DNA from: Omnitrophica WOR_2 bacterium RIFCSPHIGHO2_02_FULL_45_21
GTDB taxonomy: Bacteria > Omnitrophota > Gorgyraeia > Gygaellales > UBA12090
Assembly (NCBI GenBank): GCA_001805575.1
Contig: MHGN01000063.1
Location: 1 to 50,240 of the forward strand
Length of the DNA stretch: 50,240 bases
Reading direction: 5' to 3'
Shown in pieces: positions 29,551-38,919 of this stretch. The position numbers and the translations under genes were made by a program. The first letter of the stretch is position 1. Each line of letters opens with the position of its first letter. A model generated the notes under the pieces. That model was not told where the DNA came from. It saw only the letters and a list, made by a program, of their open reading frames with translations, and did no database searches.

Positions 29551-30021
29551 TTATGGTTTAAATACGGTTTTAATCTTTATCATCTTAATCGTGGGCAAAT
29601 TAACCACTGCTTTTATGCCGCTTCTCTCTTTTATGGTTCGGATGATTTCATCGCTCCTTCTCTGGGTGGGGCAAATCAGGGTAAACCAGAGGTTGTAGAT
29701 ATCGTCTTTTCTTAAATAGTTATGGGTTACTTCCTTAAAACTATTTATTATCTCAACTATCTTTTTTAATTTACCCTCCGGCGCCGATATACCGATTAAA
29801 GTACGTTTAAAGCCGCTGGCGTCAGGATTATAAATAGGCCCAATGCGCTTGATAATACCCAATGACTTAAGGCGCTTAATTCTGGAAATAACTTCTTCTT
29901 CGGATAAGCCAAGCTCCTTTCCTAACTTTTGAAAAGGCCTTAAAACCAGAGGAAAGCTCTCCTGCAAAAGAATAACGAGCTTTTTATCCAGTTCATCTAA
30001 TTTTGAGATTAAATCAGCCAC
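29551..30021 (-). CDS. ahbA: Siroheme decarboxylase subunit alpha (Lrp/AsnC-like)
   Basis: LQESFPLVLRPF, IIKRIG, VTHNYLR, YNLWFT. Confidence 0.85.
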   Translation of the reverse strand: MADLISKLDELDKKLVILLQESFPLVLRPFQKLGKELGLSEEEVISRIKRLKSLGIIKRIGPIYNPDASGFKRTLIGISAPEGKLKKIVEIINSFKEVTHNYLRKDDIYNLWFTLICPTQRRSDEIIRTIKERSGIKAVVNLPTIKMIKIKTVFKP

Positions 30022-30204
30022 AAGAAAATCACCTCAGGCAGATGGCTTTTATCGCCGGTTTGCTTTGCGCACAGCAAAGCAGGCGGAGATAGGCCTGCCT
30101 ACCGGCAAGAAAGTATTTTTATACTTTGCAGTAAACAAAAAATCCTCCCTATTCTTAGCTTAAGAGAGGATTTGAACAAATCTAACTCTGTTTGTCAAAT
30201 ATGC

Positions 30205-30603
30205 TTATTCTACGAGCAGCTTGCCGTTCATCTGCATATGCTCCTCAGAGCACCAGGCCGTGCACATAAAAGGAAAGCTTCCTCTTTTGTCAGCGACAAA
30301 GGTAACCTCAACCACCTCCCCGGCTTTTATCTCGCTCGAGCTCGGTTCAGTATCAAAATCCGGGAGCGCAAAACCGTGGCTTACGGTCTCGATGTTGCGG
30401 ATGTGCAGTTTTATCTTTTTTCCATAAGGGACTTTGAGCTCTTTAGGATACCAATTCCCGTTATTCGGCGAGCGGGCGATAAGCTCAACAAAAAAATATT
30501 CCGCACTCCGCCTGCGGTAAGACTCATAGGAAAAAACTGCCGCAATCGTTCCGATGGTAACCAGTATCATTAGTGTCACTGCGATGAATTCGTTTCTTTT
30601 CAT
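30205..30603 (-). CDS. Membrane-anchored CuA cupredoxin (CoxII-like domain)
   Basis: N-terminal TM; HGF...CTAWCSEEHMQM matches H...CxxxCxxxHxxM. Confidence 0.85.
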   Translation of the reverse strand: MKRNEFIAVTLMILVTIGTIAAVFSYESYRRRSAEYFFVELIARSPNNGNWYPKELKVPYGKKIKLHIRNIETVSHGFALPDFDTEPSSSEIKAGEVVEVTFVADKRGSFPFMCTAWCSEEHMQMNGKLLVE

Positions 30604-30607
30604 TATA

Positions 30608-32020
30608 TTAACCTATATACAGCCATAAAAATAATAATGTGGTTAAGGTCAAAAAGGTGAAGATGGGAATCCAGCCCCGCTTTGCCTCCTGAAGTCCGGG
30701 AAAGGTCTGCTTAGAAAGCCTGAACCCGTAGGCAAGCGAGAAAAGATAAAAGACGAGCAGGGTTATGCCCTGCAGATACCCTAAGGAGTGGGTAAAAACC
30801 GGCGTCCAGGGAACGTTCTTAGTTCCAAAGAGATTCCATCCCCAGGAGAACGGGTCAGATAAAATATGTAAAATATAGCTCCCATTGGGAAGAACTATCC
30901 CAAAGCTAAAGGCAATCCAGGCGCCTAAGCCAATAGGAATAAGCGTGTAGGAGAAATTTATAAAGAGCTTTTTCAAAGATACTTCTTTATTGCCGCTAAA
31001 AACTTTGGAGAGATAACTGAAGACAAAGAAAATACCCGGTATTACTAAAAGACAGAGAACGGTATGAAAAGTGATAAAGGTAAGATACCCCCTTAGGGTA
31101 GATGCCCTGACCATATCTTTAAGCACTCCCCAGGGCCCCTGCATACTCAGGAAAAATACCATTGCAATACCGAGCATAATGAATGACTTCCAGGCCTCAT
31201 CCAGACCCCTTTTATCATCCACCAATAAATCTGCTCCCGGCGGCCTGAGGTTAAAAGCCATATTGTCATATGGACAGCTCTTAAAACACTCTAAGCACAT
31301 CCCGCAGTAAGTATTCTTTCTAAAGCTAAAAGGGGCAAGGAGCCAGGGACAGCCATAGCCCTTTTCATTTCCCAAATAGCAGGTCTTAAGTTTATGCTCT
31401 TTACAGACCTGCGGGTCTTTGCTTCTAATCTCAGTCGTGGCAAACTGCGAATACAGCCCCTGGAAGCCGGATACCGGACAGACATACAAACAGAAACTGC
31501 GCTTTTCAAATATTAAGCCCATAATAAAGGCGATAAGAATGATTAATCCTAGAAGGATAAAAGTTGCCAGGGGCCTGACGGTAAAAAATCCGGAGAAAAA
31601 TGTGGTTACCAAGAAGAAGACATTCATTATCCACATATTCTTAAGCGCCTTTGGCCATTTTAGATTTAGCCCGCCCAATTTTCCCATATTCACTCCAAAG
31701 AGCGCTCCCCTTTGCGCCCATTCGCCGAATATCGGAAAAGGGCACATCAGACACCAGGCGCGGGATAAAACCGGAACCAGGACAAACATCAGCATTACCC
31801 ACCAGAGTATCCAGACAATCATAATACCGAAATTATAGTTTCCGGCTGAATAACCGCCTAAGAATCCGGCAAGCAATATAATCACAAAGATAAAGAGATT
31901 AAAGAGAATGGGCAACAGGGGAAACCAGCGGGATTTAAAAAGCGCCCTCACGGGCCTAAACTTGGTGAGTTCGAAGCGCCAGTCCAGGTCAACTAATCCG
32001 AATAACTTATCCTTGCTCAT
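30608..32020 (-). CDS. NapH/NosR-like membrane polyferredoxin (putative quinol dehydrogenase)
   Basis: Multiple TMs; RAWCLMCP, RSFCLYVCP, GCPW, CGMCLECFKSCP; start placed at MSKDKLF. Confidence 0.8.
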   Translation of the reverse strand: MSKDKLFGLVDLDWRFELTKFRPVRALFKSRWFPLLPILFNLFIFVIILLAGFLGGYSAGNYNFGIMIVWILWWVMLMFVLVPVLSRAWCLMCPFPIFGEWAQRGALFGVNMGKLGGLNLKWPKALKNMWIMNVFFLVTTFFSGFFTVRPLATFILLGLIILIAFIMGLIFEKRSFCLYVCPVSGFQGLYSQFATTEIRSKDPQVCKEHKLKTCYLGNEKGYGCPWLLAPFSFRKNTYCGMCLECFKSCPYDNMAFNLRPPGADLLVDDKRGLDEAWKSFIMLGIAMVFFLSMQGPWGVLKDMVRASTLRGYLTFITFHTVLCLLVIPGIFFVFSYLSKVFSGNKEVSLKKLFINFSYTLIPIGLGAWIAFSFGIVLPNGSYILHILSDPFSWGWNLFGTKNVPWTPVFTHSLGYLQGITLLVFYLFSLAYGFRLSKQTFPGLQEAKRGWIPIFTFLTLTTLLFLWLYIG

Positions 32021-32456
32021 TTTCTTTTTTTCGGAAAACAATAACTAAGCTTCCCAGTCCGATTAGAATAACCGCTGCGGCGGACATACTGAACCTGGAA
32101 TTCGGCTTGACCACTAAATATCCCACCATATAGGGATGAAACTCGCCGCAGGTAACCGAACAGCGAAAGCAAAATCTTCCCGGCTTATCCGCTGTAAATT
32201 TTAAAGAGCCGTCCTGCCCGGGATGGGCTGAAGTGCTGACGGCATATCCGTCTACAAAAAAACCGTGATGCACATCCTCGCTGATAAGTCGAATCCTCAC
32301 CAGGTCGCCTTTGTTAACTTCTATAATGTTAGGCGTATAAGAGAATTTTTTTGCCTTAACCTCAAAAAACTTCTCCGCTTGAGCAAAACTGCTCCCCGCC
32401 ATAAACCATAAACTACAAACTATAAACCAACAAAACACTTGACACTTGATTTTCAT
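32007..32456 (-). CDS. Exported CuA cupredoxin with C-terminal TM
   Basis: Signal peptide; DVHHGF...CSVTCGEFHPYM CuA motif; ATGA coupling at 32456. Confidence 0.85.
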   Translation of the reverse strand: MKIKCQVFCWFIVCSLWFMAGSSFAQAEKFFEVKAKKFSYTPNIIEVNKGDLVRIRLISEDVHHGFFVDGYAVSTSAHPGQDGSLKFTADKPGRFCFRCSVTCGEFHPYMVGYLVVKPNSRFSMSAAAVILIGLGSLVIVFRKKENEQG

Positions 32457-33340
32457 TTTATCTGAAGCTCCACCCAATCCGAAATGGACTTCCTCCCGCC
32501 CCGGTCGCCACTGGCGCCGTTCCAGACACTAAAGGCACAGAGTTTATTCTTCTCTGCTTGCCCCGCCGTTGGCGGGGCCTGTTCTAAATTAGCATCAACT
32601 TCCGGATCAGTGATAGCGATAGCGCGTTTAAATACCACCTGCCAGGTATTATCCGACCAAAAGCCTCTTCCCTGCACATTCTGAAGCTCTTTGGGGGTAA
32701 GAGTACCTACCCTAATGGCAATCAGGTCATTCACTGCCGATTTAGAAATGTCTTTAGAAACTACAAAAATCTCCTTTTCTTCAAACGGGTAATGATAATC
32801 CGCATAAACTTTTGTCTGCATCAGCTCATCGGTTGCGCCGGCCTTTTCCTGGCTCAACCAATACTCCCTATCCCGGCTTGCCTTCCAGTACCAGATATTG
32901 GACTTATGCATAAAACCCATCATAATAGTCGAGGCAGGTATGCCTTCTCCCATGGGGAACATCACCGCGCAGCCATCGGAAAAGGTATTGATTCCCGCAT
33001 CCCTATCCTCTGTATCGTCCTTCCAGCTGATGTAGAAATAGATATCTTTTTTATTGTGAAAGGCGCTTACTCTAAGCGGCGAAACCAAACTCTTGCCCCA
33101 GGGAAGCACAGTAACTTGCTGCATCAGCTCTATTTCTTCTCTGGGAAGGGATTGCCATATATCAGATACGCTAGCGGAAACATCGATTTCCTTATCTAGA
33201 AATTGAACCTCTAAAGTTACCTTCTTTGGCTTTTCAACTCTAACCGGAACTCCCCGAGAATGCCTTATTCCTATATAAACCAGCGCCGCGAACCCAATTA
33301 CCAATGCTATAGATATTAAGATAACGGTGGATTTTTTCAT
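32453..33340 (-). CDS. EbdC/NxrC-like heme b gamma subunit (DOMON EB_dh) with N-terminal anchor
   Basis: ISWKDDT, FSDGCAVMFP, IMMG (Met ligand), AFSVWNG...RGGRKSISDW (Lys ligand). Confidence 0.8.
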   Translation of the reverse strand: MKKSTVILISIALVIGFAALVYIGIRHSRGVPVRVEKPKKVTLEVQFLDKEIDVSASVSDIWQSLPREEIELMQQVTVLPWGKSLVSPLRVSAFHNKKDIYFYISWKDDTEDRDAGINTFSDGCAVMFPMGEGIPASTIMMGFMHKSNIWYWKASRDREYWLSQEKAGATDELMQTKVYADYHYPFEEKEIFVVSKDISKSAVNDLIAIRVGTLTPKELQNVQGRGFWSDNTWQVVFKRAIAITDPEVDANLEQAPPTAGQAEKNKLCAFSVWNGASGDRGGRKSISDWVELQIK

Positions 33341-33469
33341 TTAATGAGGCCGCAGCTTATGGAGCCTCCGCTTTGCGGGGAGGCGAACATAAGTTGTTTG
33401 GCCGAATTATCCCGAAGCGTGCGCAGAAAATTTAAAATAAATTTTCAAGCGTTTACGCGAGGAATGTCA
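33341..33469 (+). repeat. About 129-nt double-hairpin element, copy B
   Basis: TTAATGA-GGCC...CTTATG-GA-GCCTCC...GGAGGC-GAA-CATAAG...GGCC-GAATTATCCC...GAAAATTT/AAATTTTC...GGAATGTCA. Confidence 0.7.
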
Positions 33470-34002
33470 GATGCAATGAATTTTAAACATTCCTGCGCCG
33501 CTTGCGCATAAAAGCTGTCTTTATTCTTTGAAATTATCGCTCCGCTTATCTTCAGGAGCCCGGGATATAAATATTGCGCAAGAAATTTCTTCTGGGCCTC
33601 AACACAAATAGCAACTTTCTCCTTGTCCTCAAATTCCATAGCTCGTTGTGCCTTATAGACAAGATAATGCATGAATTCCAACTGGCAAGCCAAAGAATCT
33701 GCCCTGTCTTTATCCGGCTCTAAACCAAAGGCGCGATAAAAACCCATAATATCCGCTAAATGATTTACCCTTTGGAATTCGTTCTCCGCTAAATGCTCTG
33801 CCGCATAGAGCCAGATTGCTTCTAGCCGAAATAAGCGGTCGTATTCCTCAACTAATTTTCCCTTCTCAGAAGCTAATTCGGGAAAGAAAGCAAAAAAATC
33901 ATCTTGCGGATAAGAAAAGGCGACCGCGAATTTCTTATACTCAATTAACCTTAAGCTTTCCTCAGGTAACGCTGAATCTACGCACATTTCTTTCTTCATC
34001 AA
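33445..34002 (-). CDS. TorD/NarJ-family maturation chaperone (delta subunit)
   Basis: EYDRLF, LADIMGFYRAFGL, RADSLACQLEFMHYL; start uncertain (overlaps the beta subunit). Confidence 0.85.
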   Translation of the reverse strand: MMKKEMCVDSALPEESLRLIEYKKFAVAFSYPQDDFFAFFPELASEKGKLVEEYDRLFRLEAIWLYAAEHLAENEFQRVNHLADIMGFYRAFGLEPDKDRADSLACQLEFMHYLVYKAQRAMEFEDKEKVAICVEAQKKFLAQYLYPGLLKISGAIISKNKDSFYAQAAQECLKFIASDIPRVNA

Positions 34003-35122
34003 ATTCCTTGCGGATATAAATCGGCTCTTTCAGGGGAACCTTTACAATTTCCTTGCCCTGTTCATCATAGCCGGTAACAGAACCTTTCTCTATATCGCCT
34101 TCAACCTTAAAAGAGCGGGTAATCTTATCGGTAGAGCCCATGAGCATTAAAATCCCAATCAGCTTTTTATCCAGAGAGGCGCGGCGGTAATATTCTACCG
34201 CCTTCAGCGCCCCGGGGCCAAAGAGCTGAAGATTAAATTTATCCGGAACATTGATAGGAGGAATGTAATAGACATTAGGCTCTAAGCCGAATTGAGGATA
34301 CAAAGGAAGGGCAACTTTTTTAATATGGATAAGATAATCAAAGGGGTTATCTTCCCTTGCCTCATCGTATCTGCTCTTAAAACCAAAGAGCCGGATTTTG
34401 CCGATGCAATTGATCACGCACTGGGTCTGAATTCTTTCTTTGGCCGGGCTGTTTCCTTCTACACCCGGATAGCAGGCAATACATTTTTCCGATTTTCCGG
34501 TTAATTCCCTGAAAAAGGTTTTCTTATACGGACAGGCTTTTATACATTCCTGATATCCGCGGCATCTTTTCTGGTCAATCAAAACAATTCCGTCTTCTTC
34601 TCTCTTATAGATTGCCTTTCTGGAACAAGCGGCGACACAGGCCGGATAGGTGCAGTGATTACAGATTCTCTGCAAATAAAACATCCAGGGCTGATGGGGA
34701 ATCTTGATATAATCCTTATCCTTGATTGCGCTGCTTACCTCATCCTCTCCGAGATTGGGATAGAGATAATCATTTTCCTCGGGGTGCCAGCCTAAAACCT
34801 CTTCACCAAAGCCGGCTGATTCAAATATGGTTTTACCTTTGTACTTCCAGCCGCTCCAATCTTGCGGCCCTAACTTTTCCAAAAGCCGTACATCCCAGCC
34901 CAGAGGATAAAATCCCCAGGGCTTGGTCTCAACGTTGTTCCACCACATATATTCCTGGCCCTTGCCGGCGGTCCAGGCATTCTTACAGGCAAAGGTGCAG
35001 GTTTGGCAGGCAATGCATTTATTGGTATCAAAAATCCAGGCCGCCTGCTTTTTGGGTCGGCTCTCGGGATATTTATACTCCATTTTCCGATTGAGCTGCC
35101 AGTTATAAACCTTGTGGCTCAT
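33962..35122 (-). CDS. nxrB: NXR-type nitrate/nitrite oxidoreductase beta (Fe-S) subunit
   Basis: VYNWQLNR.M.Y.Y N-terminus; CIACQTCTFACK; WNNVETKP; RICNHCTYPAC; CRGYQECIKACPYKK; LPLYPQFGLEPNVYYIPP. Confidence 0.88.
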   Translation of the reverse strand: MSHKVYNWQLNRKMEYKYPESRPKKQAAWIFDTNKCIACQTCTFACKNAWTAGKGQEYMWWNNVETKPWGFYPLGWDVRLLEKLGPQDWSGWKYKGKTIFESAGFGEEVLGWHPEENDYLYPNLGEDEVSSAIKDKDYIKIPHQPWMFYLQRICNHCTYPACVAACSRKAIYKREEDGIVLIDQKRCRGYQECIKACPYKKTFFRELTGKSEKCIACYPGVEGNSPAKERIQTQCVINCIGKIRLFGFKSRYDEAREDNPFDYLIHIKKVALPLYPQFGLEPNVYYIPPINVPDKFNLQLFGPGALKAVEYYRRASLDKKLIGILMLMGSTDKITRSFKVEGDIEKGSVTGYDEQGKEIVKVPLKEPIYIRKEFDEERNVRRFSVT

Positions 35123-38100
35123 TTAACGAATTCTCCTCCCAGGAACTTCTTCATTGCCACATTCTCATACGACGGCCTAAAGCCCATTTTTGCCGGGCGC
35201 CAGAGTTTATTGCCATTAGTTCCCCCGTCTTCAGCTTTACTGACTTTGACAAATGACTCTTTCGGAGCGCCGGTGGTGCAGTGAACATCCGGAGCAAATC
35301 CTTTTCCAATCACCTGGCCAAAATACTCTTTTCTGGCTAAAGAATCGGTCATCAACGTAGGCCTAAGCCAGGCGCGGGTTGTGGACTGGTGCGAGCCATA
35401 CCTGAACATTGCCTGATAGCCGGTGCGGGAGTTTCTGGCTAATTTATCCGGGTTGGTTTCATGGCCTTCAACCGAACCATAAGTTGCCACATACATATTA
35501 AACCAGGAGCGGGCAACACCGCGCATGATTCCTAAATAATAACGGCAGCGCATCATTGCCCGATGCACCTTATAATCTTCGCCTTTTTTCTGCCAGCCGC
35601 GAAAAGGCCTATCCTCCGGGTCAGCATCTACCCAGACGTAATCTCCGTCTTCAATGCCTAACTCCTTGGCGTCAGCCGGATTGATATCAACATAGCCCTC
35701 GCCAACCCATGGTGAACGGTTATCCTTTCTATAGGGATCGCCAAAGGGGCCAAACCATAAAGAAAGCAGGTCAATATCTACCGGGGTGGTATGCGCGCCA
35801 TGGCGGTATTTGGGAGTTATATAAATGAGAGTAAAGCCGTCTTTTCTGCGGGGATGAACGGTCTTGGTAACCTCTCGCGGGCTGATTACCACATTACGCA
35901 CCTGGCGCACTTCTACCGACAGGTCATCTTTGGATAAACCGTAGCTTTCCGGGCCTTTAGGCCTGATTAAATCCTTAGCCCCGCAGACAATGGTATTGGG
36001 CTCATAAAAGGTAGCGTCCACCGGTTCGCGGTGCACCGGGATATTTTCGCCATGCTCAATAAATTCGTCTTCATCGCGATAAAATTCCAAACGGCCTGAC
36101 TTTGTATAATGCGGCTTATTTTCATTGCTCTGCTCCCAGCCCATAATCTTAGGATAGGTGCGGGTCATCAAAAGCGCCGGGATTCCTTCTTTGGCATTCT
36201 TTTCTAACTCTTCAATGTTGTATCCTTTCAGGGCGGTGGAAGCATCAATGATCCTCTGTAAATAAACCTCTAACTTATTGTCGTAGACAAACTTCCAATA
36301 ATCCTCAAATCTGGTATCCCCGGTTTCTTTGCTCAATGCCTTGGCCACTCCGGCAAACGTCTCTATATCTGCCCGGGTATCATGCAATCTCTCTAAAGGC
36401 GTGCGGGGATAAATCTGTAAAAATGGGTTGGTCACTGCCGCGGTCATATCCGGATATTTAAATTCTGCCCAGGAATCCACGGCAAAAACCACATCCGCGT
36501 ATTCGCAGGAAGCAGACCACCACCACTCATTCACTATCACGCATTCTATCCTGGGAAGAGTATTCACCACAAAATCGTGGTGCCACTTGAGGTTGCCTAA
36601 GATAGAATTGGAATTGCCGAACCAGAGAAATTTTGTCGGCGTGGAGATATGGGTTTTTCCGGTAAAAAGCTTATTGCCTACCCGCAAGGGCCTGTCGCCA
36701 TAGTTATAATAATGCGCGGATTCCATTTTGTAATATGCTTTCGCGCGCACCGGCTTTTGAGGGTCTAATTCAATATCAAAAGGGTCCTCGGTAATGTAAG
36801 TCGGCAGGCCGTTAAAATAGGCGCCGCGGTAATTGCCGGCAAAACTGCCGATATTGCCGCCATGATAACCGATATTTTTTGTCAAGGCGCAGACCAAAAA
36901 TATAGCCCGGTCTTTTAAGTCGTTGTTGAAAAAGTGATTCGGCCCCATTCCTACAGCGATAAGCACCTTGGATTTATTCGCGGCAATTTCTCTGGCTAAG
37001 CTTACTACCGCCTCTTTGCTGATATGGCAGATATCGCTGACCACCTCAGGGGTAAAATGCGAAGCATGCTCTTTCATTAAATCAAATACTGTTCTGACCT
37101 TTACCTTCTTGCCGTCAATGGTATCAACCTCAAACTCACCCTCTAAGGCAAAATCTTTGACTGCGCCGTAATCATCGCGGCTGATAACTACCACTTCATT
37201 CTTCTTCCCATCCCAGGCAACAAAATCGCTCCATTCATTGCGCAGTTTCTCTGTTACAATCTGTAAGTTCTGTTTTATCGACGGCGGGGGTTTTTCTCCT
37301 TCTTTAAGCACCTGGGTATTTTTTAATTCTTTTGGCTGGTAATCTTTAATCATATCCTGGGGTTTCAATAACTTCAGGGTATCCATCCTTACTAAAAGCG
37401 GTAAATCAGTTTGACCCTTCGCAAACTCATCATCGTAAAGCTTCTCCCCGATGATAAGATTCGCTATTCCTAAAGCAAGGGCGGTATCACTTCCCGGACG
37501 GATTAAAATAACCTCTTCTGCCTTATGGGAGGTTGCCTGGTATTCGCAGGCAATTGTGATAACCCTTGTTCCTTTGGCCCTGGCTTCGGATAGCCAGTGC
37601 GCGTCGGGCATTTTGGTGGCAATCCAGTTCATTCCCCAGTTGATGGCAACCTTGCAGTTTTCTACCGTGGCTAAGTCAAAATCGATGGTCTGCTGTCCGC
37701 AGACCATCGGATGTCCTGGCGGCAGGTCGGTATGCCAGGAATAGTTATCCCATCCTCTTGCCCCCAAGGCGTCGTTCTTATCCACACCCCTGATTTTTTC
37801 ATCTAAAAGGGCGGCAGAATTAGCGAAACGATAAAAACCAAAAAGGCGGGTTGCCCCTAAAAGGGGCATTCCGCCTCTGAATTTTAATACTTGAGTTCCC
37901 GCGCCCTTAGTTGCCTCAACCATTGCCTCATCATAGCCCTGGGCCTTGAGCAATTCTTTTCCCTTATCGCCAGAGTAAGTTGTGGCAATGTTAATCATGC
38001 TCTGCGCAACAATCTGAGATGCCTCTTCAAAGGAAACCCTGACAAAAGGCTCTTTCCCGCGGTTAAGATATTCGCCGGGTATACTGCCGTTTGGATTTCT

Positions 38101-38544
38101 GGGAAAACCGGCATTGCGCCACTCTAAGAATCCCTTACGCACACTGGGATATTTTACCCGGCGCGGGCCGTAAACTTTACGCACCATTGCCAAACCTTTC
38201 TGGCACAGGCGCGGATCCCATCTATGCGAGGCCTGATTTCCATAGATATCTTTGGCTTTGCCATAGCCGTAACTAGGGCCTATCTTGGTAACTACGCCAT
38301 TTTTTACGTAGGCCCTAAGCAGGCAGTTATGGGTATCATTGGGAGCGCAGAGAAAATGAAAGGTAGAATCATAGCGGAACTGGTCGCGGTATATCTTTTC
38401 CCAGTTTCTATCCGGATAATAGTCCAGGGGATTGTCAATCTCGGGGACAAATTTTAAAGCCGCAAGCAATGGCCTGCTTGCGGCTAATCCCGCAATGGTA
38501 GCTGCGGATACTTTTAAAAACTCTCTGCGGGTGATTCTTTTCAT
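35119..38544 (-). CDS. nxrA: Periplasmic NXR-type (DMSO reductase type II) nitrate/nitrite oxidoreductase alpha subunit
   Basis: Tat TRREFLK at start 38544; PDRNWEKIYRDQ; CAPNDTHNC (CxxxDxxxC FS0); NYSWHTD (Asp ligand); TPKYRH; FRYGSHQSTTR. Confidence 0.88.
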   Translation of the reverse strand: MKRITRREFLKVSAATIAGLAASRPLLAALKFVPEIDNPLDYYPDRNWEKIYRDQFRYDSTFHFLCAPNDTHNCLLRAYVKNGVVTKIGPSYGYGKAKDIYGNQASHRWDPRLCQKGLAMVRKVYGPRRVKYPSVRKGFLEWRNAGFPRNPNGSIPGEYLNRGKEPFVRVSFEEASQIVAQSMINIATTYSGDKGKELLKAQGYDEAMVEATKGAGTQVLKFRGGMPLLGATRLFGFYRFANSAALLDEKIRGVDKNDALGARGWDNYSWHTDLPPGHPMVCGQQTIDFDLATVENCKVAINWGMNWIATKMPDAHWLSEARAKGTRVITIACEYQATSHKAEEVILIRPGSDTALALGIANLIIGEKLYDDEFAKGQTDLPLLVRMDTLKLLKPQDMIKDYQPKELKNTQVLKEGEKPPPSIKQNLQIVTEKLRNEWSDFVAWDGKKNEVVVISRDDYGAVKDFALEGEFEVDTIDGKKVKVRTVFDLMKEHASHFTPEVVSDICHISKEAVVSLAREIAANKSKVLIAVGMGPNHFFNNDLKDRAIFLVCALTKNIGYHGGNIGSFAGNYRGAYFNGLPTYITEDPFDIELDPQKPVRAKAYYKMESAHYYNYGDRPLRVGNKLFTGKTHISTPTKFLWFGNSNSILGNLKWHHDFVVNTLPRIECVIVNEWWWSASCEYADVVFAVDSWAEFKYPDMTAAVTNPFLQIYPRTPLERLHDTRADIETFAGVAKALSKETGDTRFEDYWKFVYDNKLEVYLQRIIDASTALKGYNIEELEKNAKEGIPALLMTRTYPKIMGWEQSNENKPHYTKSGRLEFYRDEDEFIEHGENIPVHREPVDATFYEPNTIVCGAKDLIRPKGPESYGLSKDDLSVEVRQVRNVVISPREVTKTVHPRRKDGFTLIYITPKYRHGAHTTPVDIDLLSLWFGPFGDPYRKDNRSPWVGEGYVDINPADAKELGIEDGDYVWVDADPEDRPFRGWQKKGEDYKVHRAMMRCRYYLGIMRGVARSWFNMYVATYGSVEGHETNPDKLARNSRTGYQAMFRYGSHQSTTRAWLRPTLMTDSLARKEYFGQVIGKGFAPDVHCTTGAPKESFVKVSKAEDGGTNGNKLWRPAKMGFRPSYENVAMKKFLGGEFVK

Positions 38545-38599
38545 TCCTCTTTCGTAGCTGCAGAAATTATCTTTATGATGACAAATTTGGCGCACTTGT

Positions 38600-38627
38600 C
38601 CTAAATGTGAATTATTTCACATTTAGG
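38600..38627. promoter_or_regulatory. Perfect 12-bp-arm palindrome, Rex/CRP-like operator upstream of nxrA
   Basis: CCTAAATGTGAA-TTAT-TTCACATTTAGG. Confidence 0.75.
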
Positions 38628-38684
38628 GGAATAAAAATTAAATTGCCTGCAGTAACTCTACTGTAAAGCAATTTTATAAAATTT

Positions 38685-38712
38685 ATTATACCGAAAGAAA
38701 AAATCTTGTCAA
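38685..38712 (-). promoter_or_regulatory. Consensus sigma70 promoter for the nxr operon
   Basis: TTGACA-16bp-TATAAT. Confidence 0.75.
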
Positions 38713-38814
38713 TAAAAATCTTTAGTCCCTTCATTTTACCCCAACTCCTTAAGGATCGCCCTGCCAATCCCTATCCGCTTAATCCAGGCATCCTGCGTTC
38801 TACGGGGCCCACAA

Positions 38815-38886
38815 TAAAAAAGAGGCGTCTTTTTTGGTAAGCCCAAATCAACCGATTGATAAATTTAGGCGGGAGACGCCCCTTTT
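38815..38886 (-). terminator. Long hairpin with U-tract, possible terminator
   Basis: Minus strand AAAAGGGGCGTCT...AGACGCCTCTTTTTT with inner GCCTAAAT/ATTTGGGC stem. Confidence 0.4.
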
Positions 38887-38919
38887 AAAAATGCAAAATT
38901 TAAAATTTAAAAGTCAAAA

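Noticed and set aside
30050-30140. Small TTG-start ORF (MFTAKYKNTFLPVGRP...) after GGGAGG
   Set aside because: Only about 29 aa, largely made of palindromic elements, no recognisable family
30205-32456. Cytochrome c oxidase or N2O reductase
   Set aside because: Only isolated CuA domains; no subunit I and no NosZ beta-propeller
33341-33410. Hammerhead ribozyme (ATGA-stem-GAA)
   Set aside because: Lacks the CUGANGA and GAAA core and the stem I/III arrangement
35119-38544. Evidence that the host is a nitrite oxidiser
   Set aside because: NXR/NAR direction cannot be read from sequence, and the anaerobic context favours reduction
38638-38676. Moco/Tuco riboswitch in the nxrA leader
   Set aside because: Only a simple imperfect hairpin is visible; no multi-stem motif recognised
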